NCBI RefSeq assembly: GCF_006345805.1
Contig: NW_021823902.1
Coordinates: 1-21,511 of the forward strand
Reading direction: 5' to 3'
Length of the DNA stretch: 21,511 nucleotides
Origin: Octopus sinensis
Lineage: Eukaryota
This document shows, piece by piece, positions 10,676 to 19,705 of this stretch. The notes under the pieces were generated by a model that did not search any database, was not told the origin of the DNA, and worked only from the letters and a program-made list of their open reading frames with translations. Position 1 is the stretch's first letter; each line of letters starts with the position of its first letter. The translations under genes and the position numbers were made by a program.

Positions 10676-10718
10676 GTATATATACATATATATATGTATA
10701 TATATGTATATATACATG

Positions 10719-10759
<41 letters not shown>

Positions 10760-10875
10760 GTGTGTGTATATATATATAACGCACACACACACACACACAT
10801 ATCTATATATATATATTATATATATGTGTGTGTGAGTGTGTATGTGTGTAAATATATATATACGCACACACATAT

Positions 10876-10917
<42 letters not shown>

Positions 10918-10957
10918 GCACACACACATATATATATACACACACATATATATATAT
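10603..10957. repeat. (TA)n/(TG)n/(CA)n microsatellite
   Basis: Direct inspection. Confidence 0.95.
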
Positions 10958-10964
10958 TTATGAA

Positions 10965-10974
10965 TTTATTTATT
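10965..10974 (-). promoter_or_regulatory. Candidate polyadenylation signal of the annexin gene
   Basis: Overlapping AATAAATAAA on the minus strand about 140 nt after the stop codon; position only. Confidence 0.4.
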
Positions 10975-11115
10975 AATAGCAGTAACAGATGTAACAATTA
11001 TACTGGTAGTAGTAGTAGTAGTAGTTGTAGTAGTAGTAGTTGTAGTAGTAGTAGTTGTAGTGGTGGTGGTGGTGGGTGGTTGGGACTTGCTTATCCCCAT
11101 GAGGCTGCATCCAGG

Positions 11116-11244
11116 TTACATCCTATGCCCAATCAAAGCTAACAGCACCTCTTCGTAGTCACCCATTGTCTCACCCTGGATGGCCGTGGCAAGGGTTTCT
11201 TCGAACATCTGTTCGTACTCGTCTCTGATTTGGACCATGTCGAT
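11116..11244 (-). CDS. Annexin terminal coding exon (end of repeat 4, stop)
   Basis: Acceptor tttcctttgcag|ATC, phase 0. IDMVQIRDEYEQMFEETLATAIQGETMGDYEEVLLALIGHRM then TAA at 11118-11116. Completes SRSE|ID and GLGT-x38-E. Confidence 0.94.
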   Translation of the reverse strand: MDMVQIRDEYEQMFEETLATAIQGETMGDYEEVLLALIGHRM

Positions 11245-11274
11245 CTGCAAAGGAAACATCAGGGGTCATTATTT

Positions 11275-12031
11275 GTAGTGGTGGTGGTGGTGGTGGTGGT
11301 GGTAGTGGTGGTGGTGATGGTGGTGGTGGTGGTGGTGGTGGTGGTGATGGTGGTGGTGGTGATGGTGGTGGTGATGGTGGAGGTGGTGGTGGTGGTGATG
11401 GTGGTGGTGACAGTGGTAGTGGTGATGGTGGTGGTGATGGTAGTGGTGGTGGTAGTGGTTGTGGTGGTGATGGTGGTGGTGATAGTGGTGGTGGTGGTGG
11501 TGATGGTGGTGGTGGTGATAGTGGTGATGGTGGTGGTGATAGTGGTGATGGTGGTGGTGATGGTGGTGATGGTAGTGGTGGTGATAGTGTGGTGGTGGTG
11601 GTGGTGGTGGTGGTGGTGATGGTGGTGGTGGTGATAGTGGTGATGGTGGTGGTGATAGTGGTGATGGTGGTGGTGATGGTGGTGGTGGTGGTGGTTGGTG
11701 TGATAGTGGTGATGGTGGTGGTGATGGTGGTGGTGGTGATGGTGGTGGTGGTGATGGTGGTGGTGGTGGTGACGGTGGTGGTGGTAGTGGTGGTGGTGAT
11801 AGTGGTGATGGTGGTGGTGGTGATGGTAGTGGTGGTGACAGTGGTGGTGGTGATGGTAGTGGTGGTGATAGTGGTGGTGGTGATAGTGGTGGTGGTGATA
11901 GTGGTGATGGTGGTGGTGGTGGTGATGGTGGTGGTGACGGTGGTGGTGGTGATGGTGGTGTGGTGGTAGTGGTGGTGACAGTGGTGGTGGTGGTAGTGGT
12001 AGTGGTGGTGACAGTGGTGGCGGTGGTGGTG
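11275..12031. repeat. About 750-bp (GGT/GAT/AGT)n microsatellite in the last annexin intron
   Basis: Direct inspection; ends about 30 nt before the final acceptor. Confidence 0.95.
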
Positions 12032-12262
12032 ACATAGATCAAATAAAAGCTGGGCAAAAACAGGCACAATGGGCAAAAACGGGAACACGGAGGGCAAAAA
12101 GAGCTGTTACTGTGTTTTTGTATCTGGTTGTTGCCTTGGATTCATATGTTTGTATTGTTGTTGTTGTTGTGTTGTCCTAATCTCCATCTTGTTTCTAAGA
12201 ATGTCTTTTCAATCAATTTTTCTGATCTTCTTAAAAGCAGTGAATTCCAGTGGTAACTTTAA

Positions 12263-12482
12263 CCCTTTCGTTACTGTATTTATTTTGAGATGCCCTCTGT
12301 TTCTTTCAATTACTTAAAATATATCAAAGAATTTAGTAAAATAACTTAGTTATCATTAAGCTAGTGTTAGGAACATAAATTGTGACTAAGGTTTGGTTGA
12401 AGATTTCAATTCAAAACTTATGGAAACAAGACATTTGTACTCAGAGCCAGAGCCGGTTTCAGCCGCGTTGGTAACAAAAGGG
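12263..12482. mobile_element. piggyBac-type MITE
   Basis: TTAA on both sides (12259-12262, 12483-12486); termini CCCTTTCGTTAC / GTAACAAAAGGG (11 of 12 inverted match). Confidence 0.85.
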
Positions 12483-12659
12483 TTAAGGCAGACATTTCAT
12501 CCATATCTAGCTCTTGCTGTATTTTCCAGCATACAAGTCGATTTAGTATTCAGTGAAAGCATTCAAACATTGTCAACTATCTTTCCAAACATTGCTACAT
12601 TTTATATTGAAGTTTTGTTCCTCCAAAGTCGTGTTGAACTACCTCTTTTGGTTGTAAGT

Positions 12660-13040
12660 GGAGGCGCAATGGCCCAGTGGTTAGGGCAGCGTACTCGCGG
12701 TCGTAGGATCGCGGTTTCGATTCCCAGACCAGGCATTGTGAGTGTTTATTGAGCGAAAACACCTAAAGCTCCACGAGGCTCCGGCAGGGGATGGTGGTGA
12801 TCCCTGCTGTACTCTTTCACCACAACTTTCTCTCACTCTTACTTCCTGTTTCTGTTGTACCTGTATTTCAAAGGGCCGACCTTGTCACTCTCTGTGTTAC
12901 GCTGAATATCCCTGAGAACTACGTTAAGGGTACACGTGTCTGTGGAGAGCTCAGCCACTTACACGTTAATTTCACGAGCAGGCTGTTCCATTGATCGGAT
13001 CAACCAGAACCCTTGTCGTCGTAACCGACGGAGTGCTTCC
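12660..13040 (+). mobile_element. tRNA-derived SINE (family D, tail type 1)
   Basis: A box TGGCCCAGTGG, B box GGTTTCGATTCC; possible target-site duplication tttggtt(g/a)taa at 12647-12657 and 13044-13054. Confidence 0.85.
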
Positions 13041-13301
13041 CCATTTGGTTATAAAATTTCGTTTGAGAAATTCAACTTGTATGCCAGAAAATGCGGTGGG
13101 CAAACAGACGGAAAGATGAAGAGGACAAGACAAAGAGATAAATAGACAGAGAGAGAGACTGTATTTTCTGTCAAACAAATCAATCAAGTTTTTAATGTAA
13201 CTATGTAGTAAAAATATTCAAACATCGTCTCTCTCTATCTTTCCAAATCCGGCTGCATTTCACATGGAATTTTTGGTTCTCCAAAGTCTTCTTGGAGTAA
13301 T

Positions 13302-13598
13302 GTTGTTTGTTTGTTCCTTCTCGAGCCATGCCTGGCTCATAAGGGCCGGTTTCCCAGTTTCCTTGGCGTATAGGTTCCCCTACATAGGTTCTGTCGCAGG
13401 TGAGCTGCAAGATGCTGGAGGAAAGAGTGAGAGAAAGTTGTGGCGAAAGAGTCAGCAGAAGTTCGCCATTACCTTCTGCCGGAGCTGCGTGGAGCTTAGG
13501 TGTTTCGCTCATAAACACACACACCACCTGGTCTGAGATTCGAACCTGCAATCCCTCAACTGCAAGTCCGCTGCTCTAACCACTAGGCCACGTGCCTC
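13302..13598 (-). mobile_element. tRNA-derived SINE (family D-related, tail type 2 ending (ACAA)n)
   Basis: Minus strand gaggcacgtggcctagtggttagagc...ggttcgaatctc; shares the acacctaa.gctccacg and ccacaactttctctcactct body. Confidence 0.85.
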
Positions 13599-13937
13599 AA
13601 ACTCTTGGTGTAATAAGTCAACCAAACTTTTTTTGGCTGTAAATTCTGGGTTGAGAAATTTTGACTTGTATGCTAGAAAATGCAGTCGAAGAGGACAAAA
13701 GAGAGACGAACGGACAGACAGACAGAGAGATGCCATAATTTCTAGCATACAAATTGACATAGTATATAGTGTAACTATGTTGCATAAGCATTCAAACATC
13801 ATCTCTCTCTCTTTCCTAATCCGGCTGCATTTCACATGGAATTTTTGGTCCTCCAAAGTCATCTTGGTTTAATATGTCAGCCAAACTATTTTCGCTGTAA
13901 ACTTTTGTCTGAAAAATTTAATCTGTATGCCGGAAAA

Positions 13938-14316
13938 TCTTTATATATAAAAGAGAGGTTGTGTGTCTGTCTGTCTCCTACGATTTAGATTCCTAACTAC
14001 TCCCACATTTTGCGGTGCAGTTTAACCAAAACCGGGTATCTTATAGTCGTGATTCATATCGAGCCCTTCTGGGTATTAGCACGCATCTACGATGAATCTA
14101 CGATTTTAAAAAAAATTACCATCATTTTTTTCCATTTTAATGCATTTTTTCGCTATTATATAAGGGAAGTAACTCTCTAAAAATGTCTACGATGAGTCAA
14201 CGATTTAAAAAAAAATTTACCATCATTTTTTTCCCATTTTTAATGCATTTTTTGCTATTTTTTGACTATAACTCTCTAAAAATGCTTATATAGTTATTTC
14301 CCTTACAAACTGCTAG
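13938..14316 (+). mobile_element. Non-autonomous Helitron-like element
   Basis: Starts TC(TTTATATATAAAAG) after an A, ends CTAG before a T, no TSD; (TGTC)n near the 5' end; internal direct repeat of about 100-bp period. No 3' hairpin seen. Confidence 0.7.
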
Positions 14317-14337
14317 TTATGTATATATTACATTACC

Positions 14338-14649
14338 GTGGAGGCGCAATGGCCTAGTGGTTAGGGCAGCGGATTCGCGGTTGTAGGATCGCGGTTTCGA
14401 TTCCCAGACCAGGCGTTGTGAGTGTTTATTGAGAGAAAACACCTAAAAGCTTCACGAGGCTCCGGCAGGGGGTGGTGGCGATCCCTGCTGTACTCTTTCA
14501 CCACAACTTTCTCTCACTCTTTCTTCTGTTGGCCTGCTCGCTTAGCCAGCTGGGTGGCGTCATTTGAAGGCTAAAACAATGCAAAGCGCATTGTGACCAG
14601 CGATGTGTAGCAACATCTGATAGCCTGGTCGGTCACGGTGATCACGGTG
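14338..14649 (+). mobile_element. tRNA-derived SINE (family D, tail type 3)
   Basis: First about 185 nt closely match 12658-12845, then a different tail ending (tcacggtga)2; acattac on both flanks. Confidence 0.85.
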
Positions 14650-14893
14650 ACATTACATTACCTACTAACTGCCAAACACATGCACAAACTCCGACATATA
14701 TTGGGGTTTTTACAGCATGCAAGTCAACATGGTGTATAGTGTAAACATGTAGCGAAAACATTCAACCATCGTCACCCTCTTCCTAAATCCTGTTGCATTT
14801 CACATGGAAATTTTGGTTCTCCAAAGTCGTCTTCATGTAGAAGTTGATTCATCTTTTCTAGCTGTAAATTCTGGTTAGAAAAATTCAACTTGT

Positions 14894-15155
14894 ATCATCA
14901 TCATCATCATCATCATCATATAACGTCCGCTTACCATGCTAGCATGGGTTGGACGGTTCAACTGGGGTCTGGGAAGCCCGAAGGCTGCACCAGGCCAGTC
15001 AGATCTGGCAGTGTTTCCACAGCTGGATGCCCTTCCTAATGCCAACCACTCCGTGAGTGTAGTGGGTGCTTTTTATGTGCCGCCGACACAGGTGCCAGAC
15101 GAGGCTGGCGAACGGCCACGCTCGGATGGTGTTTTTTATGTGCCACCGACACGGG
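14894..15155 (-). mobile_element. Partial SINE (family C) with (ATG)n tail
   Basis: Homologous to 8206-8440; ggatgcccttcctaatgccaacc motif. Confidence 0.75.
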
Positions 15156-15216
15156 TGTATGTCAGATGAAAATGGAAGGATTAAAAATGAGAAGGTAAAG
15201 GAAAAAATGAACTTAC

Positions 15217-15329
15217 CTCACTTCGACTAACTAACAACCTTATGAGGTTAAGATCTTTGGTACCCAAACCTTTCATGCTTTTATTGAGACGGTAGGCAAA
15301 GTATCCAGGCAAACTGCGGGACATACGAA
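15217..15329 (-). CDS. Annexin internal coding exon (first half of repeat 4)
   Basis: Not in the ORF track; translated by hand. Acceptor tttttcttccag|TT; donor GAG|gtaagt. 113 nt, phase 1 to 0. (V)RMSRSLPGYFAYRLNKSMKGLGTKDLNLIRLLVSRSE has the MKGLGT and IR..VSRSE signatures. Confidence 0.95.
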
Positions 15330-15538
15330 CTGGAAGAAAAAGGACAGGAGCGAGCTGATTTTAAGAGGAGATTATTTGTGGGTTGTAGTGGTGGAGGTGG
15401 TGGTTGGTGGGGGGAGGTAGCTTAGCCTGAGGTGTATACCAATGGTACAAAGGGGATTAACGATTAACGAAGTTAACTTTTCAATTAACAGACACATAAA
15501 TAGATATATATATATATATTATATATATATATATATAC

Positions 15539-15704
15539 ACGATAGGCTTCTTTCTTTCAGTTTCTGTCTACCAAATCCACTCAGAAGGCTTTGGTCAGCC
15601 CGAGGCTATAATAGAAGACACTTGCCCAAGGTGCCACGCAGTGGGACTGAACCAGTAACCATGTTGTTCGTAGGCAAGCTACTTACCACACAGCCACTCA
15701 TACG

Positions 15705-15706
<2 letters not shown>
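15539..15706 (-). mobile_element. 5' half of a family B CORE-like SINE
   Basis: Reverse complement of 18663-18820. Confidence 0.8.
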
Positions 15707-15735
<29 letters not shown>

Positions 15736-15740
<5 letters not shown>

Positions 15741-15924
15741 TAATCCAAACATGAAAACACAAAGAGAAAACACAACTATAGTATTATTGGATGCTCAGGA
15801 AGGAAGGAGGGTTTAACGTTTCGAGCGGAGCTCTTCGTCAGAAACATAGGAAAAGGAAAGATCCAGAGAAGGGAAGACAGAGGAAAAAAAATTGCCAACA
15901 GTACACACGCGGTCACATTGTGAC
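15736..15924 (-). mobile_element. Short (TA)n-embedded element carrying a hammerhead motif, probably a Penelope-like pLTR remnant (copy 1)
   Basis: Flanked by (TA)n, contains the minimal hammerhead, duplicated at 16494-16680. Confidence 0.6.
15811..15845 (-). ncRNA. Minimal type I hammerhead ribozyme motif (Penelope-type), copy 1
   Basis: Minus strand GTTT CTGACGA A GAGC-TCC-GCTC GAAA CGTT AAAC: CUGANGA and GAAA cores, stem II GAGC/GCUC, stem I GUUU/AAAC, palindromic AACGUU in place of stem III. Confidence 0.72.
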
Positions 15925-16002
15925 ATATATATGTATATATATATATATATATATATACATATATATGTATATATATATATATATACATATATATGTATAT
16001 AT

Positions 16003-16418
16003 ACTCTTTTACTCTTTTACTTGTTTCAGTCATTTGACTGCGGCCATGCTGGAGCACCACCTTTAATCGAGCAACTCGACCCAGGACTTATTCTTTGTAA
16101 GCCCAGTACTTATCTATCGGTCTCTTTTGCCGAACCGCTAAGTGACGGGGACGTAAACACACACCAGCATCGGTTGTCAAGCAATGATAGGGGGACAAAC
16201 GCAGACACACAAACATACACACACATACATACATAAATATACTATATATACATATATACGACAGGCTTCTTTCAGTTTCCGTCTACCAATCCACTCACAA
16301 GGCATTGGTCGGCCCGGGGCTATAGCAGAAGACACTTGCCCAAGATGCCACACAGTGGGATTGACCCAGAACCATGTGGTTTTGTTAGCAAGCTACTTAC
16401 CACACAGCCACTCCTGCG

Positions 16419-16420
<2 letters not shown>
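16003..16420 (-). mobile_element. Full-length family B CORE-like SINE
   Basis: Reverse complement of 18663-19075, including the (GTAAAAGA)n tail. Confidence 0.88.
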
Positions 16421-16464
<44 letters not shown>

Positions 16465-16493
16465 ATATATAATATATATATATATATATATAT

Positions 16494-16680
16494 AAAGTTA
16501 ATCAAACATGAAAAACAAAGAGAAAACACAACTATAGTATTATTGATGCTCAGGAAGGAAGGAGGGTTTAACGTTTCGAGCGGAGCTCTTCGTCAGAAAC
16601 ATAGGAAAAGGAAAGATCCAGAGAGGGAAGGGACAGAGGAAAAAAAATTGCCAACAGTACACACGCGGTCACATTGTGAC
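16494..16680 (-). mobile_element. Hammerhead-carrying element, copy 2
   Basis: Near-identical to 15736-15924. Confidence 0.6.
16566..16600 (-). ncRNA. Minimal type I hammerhead ribozyme motif, copy 2
   Basis: Identical 35-mer to 15811-15845, offset 755 bp. Confidence 0.72.
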
Positions 16681-16752
16681 TATATATGTATATATATATA
16701 TATATATTATACATTATATGTATATATATATATATACATATATATGTATATA

Positions 16753-17176
16753 ACTCTTTTTCTCTTTTACTTGTTTCAGTCATTTGACTGCGGCCATGCT
16801 GGAGCACCACCTTTAATCGAGCAACTCGACCCCAGGACTTATTCTTGTAAGTAAGCCCAGTACTTATTCTATCGGTCTCTTTTGCCGAACCGCTAAGTGA
16901 CGGGGACGTAAACACACACCAGCATCGGTTGTCAAGCAATGATAAGGGGGACAAACGCAGACACACAACATACACACACATACATACATAAATATACATT
17001 ATATACATATATACGACAGGCTTCTTTCAGTTTCCGTCTACCAAATCCACTCACAAGGCATTGGTCGGCCCGGGGCTATAGCGAAGACACTTGCCCAAGA
17101 TGCCACACAGTGGGATTGAACCCAGAACCATGTGGTTTTTTAGCAAGCTACTTACCACACAGCCACTCCTCCTGCG

Positions 17177-17178
<2 letters not shown>
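16753..17178 (-). mobile_element. Full-length family B CORE-like SINE (duplicate of 16003-16420)
   Basis: Shares diagnostic bases with 16003-16420 and differs mostly by small indels. Confidence 0.88.
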
Positions 17179-17210
<32 letters not shown>

Positions 17211-17213
17211 ATA

Positions 17214-17262
<49 letters not shown>

Positions 17263-17296
17263 TATATATATATATATATGTATGATAAGATATATC

Positions 17297-17329
<33 letters not shown>

Positions 17330-17555
17330 CTATATATATATGTATATATATATAATACAATATATATATATACACATATATATAATATACACATATATAT
17401 ATACACATATATATATATATACACACATATATATATACACATATATATACACATATATATATACCATATATATATACACATATATATATATACACATATA
17501 TATATATATATATACACATATATATACTATACACTATATATATATACATATTATA

Positions 17556-17596
<41 letters not shown>

Positions 17597-17597
17597 T
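17179..17597. repeat. (TA)n-rich microsatellite
   Basis: Direct inspection. Confidence 0.95.
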
Positions 17598-17674
17598 AAA
17601 AGGGCTTAGTAAAATAAATTACTTGCCACATACTGAACTCATTAGTAATTTATTTTACTAAGCCCTTTTATATA
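17593..17674. repeat. Perfect 31-bp inverted repeat with 20-nt loop
   Basis: tatataaaagggcttagtaaaataaattact (17593-17623) / agtaatttattttactaagcccttttatata (17644-17674). Confidence 0.9.
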
Positions 17675-17909
17675 ATGTAATAATTTGAATTCGCCTTAAA
17701 TGGTCCCTTTACATACTGAATACTTGGTGAAATTGATTAATAATTAATTAATTTTACCCTCAATTGTTGAAATTATATATATATACATATATATATAGTG
17801 ACATAGTAATAGTATTATTATGATAGTCTAATGGTAACAGTGGAGGGGCTATTCTAGAAGTAGGAATAGTAGTTGTGGTAGTAGTGTTGGTGTGGTGAAG
17901 AGCCCTTAC

Positions 17910-18087
17910 CAATGTCAAGGTAGGCGGACTTAAGGTCCCCACTTGTCTCGCTCTTCACAGCTTCTTCAATGTCGTGCCCTGCAACCTCTGTATAATATTC
18001 GCACACGTGTTTCAGGTGGTAGAAATTGCGTGTACAAAAGATGTTGTTGAACCTGCGCTCACTGGTCCCAAAACGCTTCTCCCCAGC
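17910..18087 (-). CDS. Annexin internal coding exon (repeat 3)
   Basis: Acceptor ttctctccgcag|GCT; donor ATT G|gtaagg. 178 nt, phase 0 to 1. AGEKRFGTSERRFNNIFCTRNFYHLKHVCEYYTEVAGHDIEEAVKSETSGDLKSAYLDI; GT-x38-E spacing is canonical. Confidence 0.95.
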
Positions 18088-18136
18088 CTGCGGAGAGAAA
18101 GAGAACAAGTTTCAGAAAACATGAATGCATACGTCT

Positions 18137-18315
18137 ATGTGTGTGTGTATGTAAATGTATGTGTGTGCATGTCTGTGTGTGTGTATGTGAATGTCTGTGT
18201 GTGCATATCTGTGTGTGTGTATGTGAATGTCTGTGTGTGTATGTGAATGTATGTGTGTGCATGTCTGCGTGTGTGTATGTGAATGTATGTGTGTGCATGC
18301 CTGTGTGTGTTTGTG
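18137..18315. repeat. (TG)-rich minisatellite (gtgtatgtgaatgt(c/a)tgtgtgt units)
   Basis: Direct inspection. Confidence 0.85.
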
Positions 18316-18662
18316 AGTTAAGTATGTAAGTATATATATAATATATATATATGTATATATATATATCAAATGAAAGACAGAAGATGGAATATACAAGAAT
18401 ATATTTTTTATATATATATATATATCAGGTGGTGCTATTAAGTTAGACATGGCCTGGACCAATCTCTGGTCGAAACATATCTAAGTTTTATCTAAGTTTT
18501 ATATATCATCAATTTTTTTTGATAAGTTCAAGAAAGGAATGAAAGCGCTAATAATAATAATAATAATGAAGAAATAAAAGGATTTTTTACCAAAATTCTG
18601 ACAACTTCTTACTCAATATTCAATTTCTGTACATCACACCTAACACTCTATGCATATATATA

Positions 18663-18821
18663 GGAGTGGCTGTGTGGTAAGTAGCTTGCTAACCAACCAC
18701 ATGGTTCTGGGTTCAGTCCCACTGCGTGGCATCTTGGGCAAATGTCTTCTGCTATAGCCCCGGGCCAACCAAAACCTTGTGAGTGGATTTGGTAGATGGA
18801 AACTGAAAGAAGCCTGTCGTA

Positions 18822-18864
<43 letters not shown>

Positions 18865-19075
18865 TTGTGTGTCTGTGTTTGTCCCCCTAGCATTGCTTGA
18901 CATCCGATGCTGTTGTGTTTACGTCCCCGTCACTTAGCGGTTTGGCAAAAGAGACCGATAGAATAAGTACTGGGTTTACAAAGAATAAGTCCCGGGGTCG
19001 ATTTGCTCGACTAAAGGCGGTGCTCCAGCATGGCCGCAGTCAAAATGACTGAAACAAGTAAAAGAGTAAAGAGTA
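18663..19075 (+). mobile_element. Full-length family B CORE-like tRNA SINE
   Basis: A box TGGCTGTGTGG, B box GGTTCAGTCCC, CORE-like cttgggcaaatgtctt, internal (TA)n(TG)n, tail ggcggtgctccagcatggccgcagtc...gtaaaagagtaaagagta. Confidence 0.88.
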
Positions 19076-19101
19076 ATATATATATATATATTTATATATA
19101 T

Positions 19102-19238
19102 ATAAGGATAAGATTGTTATTTAAAATACTGATCTTATCAGGTGGCTAACATGAGAATAAAAACCTCAAAGGTAATAATTAATTATTAAAATTATAATTA
19201 AGGGTATCCAAGAGATACCACCACACTTGAATAGCAGT
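19102..19238 (-). repeat. Second copy of the 2823-2958 dispersed repeat
   Basis: Reverse-complement similarity over about 135 bp; sits in (TA)n. Confidence 0.75.
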
Positions 19239-19270
19239 CAAAACCTGACTCTGACACCGCGCATTAAATG

Positions 19271-19358
19271 TATATATACACCCACACATATATATATATA
19301 CATACATATACATATCTACATATATATATATATACACATATATATAATACATATATAC

Positions 19359-19410
<52 letters not shown>

Positions 19411-19466
19411 CATATATATATATATATACATATATATATACTACATATATACATATATATATATAC

Positions 19467-19513
<47 letters not shown>

Positions 19514-19524
19514 AACACACACAT

Positions 19525-19579
<55 letters not shown>

Positions 19580-19652
19580 CATATATATGTATATCTGTCA
19601 CTCTCTCTATTTCTCTGTGTCACTCTCATTCACTCTCTCTCTCTCTCTCTCT
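19271..19652. repeat. (TA)n/(CA)n/(CT)n microsatellite
   Basis: Direct inspection. Confidence 0.95.
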
Positions 19653-19705
19653 GACACATTCACTCACACCTGATCCCTTCTCGCCACCACCACCGTTTTA
19701 CTTAC

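Larger units (their letters stand above)
12520..14895. repeat. Old degenerate tandem repeat (about 270-290-bp unit, about 4 units) interrupted by younger elements
   Basis: Landmark attcaa(a/c)cat...ctccaaagtc recurs, with ctccaaagtc at 12621, 13279, 13851 and 14819. Confidence 0.7.

Noticed and set aside
10491-10997. YI-repeat ORFs here and at 15442-17609 and 19179-19673
   Set aside because: Artefacts of (TA)n microsatellites and SINE sequence.
11171-12097. Long Thr/Pro/His-rich (mucin- or extensin-like) and poly-Val ORFs
   Set aside because: The (GGT)n tract is open in several frames at once and lies in the annexin intron; the real exon uses a different frame from the 308-aa ORF.
12210-12520. 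Extra annexin exon (QELDMDEMSALK...) split by the piggyBac MITE
   Set aside because: No annexin motifs follow, and the true terminal exon at 11116-11244 completes the domain.
12660-12735. tRNA gene (also 14340-14412, 13525-13598, 18663-18730)
   Set aside because: A and B boxes are present but the acceptor stems are poor and each continues into a shared repeat body; these are SINE heads.
18441-18484. Hammerhead-like GACCA-atctc-TGGTC-GAAAC hairpin; also GAAACATATGTA on the minus strand near 7090-7101
   Set aside because: No CUGANGA core in either; at most decayed remnants.
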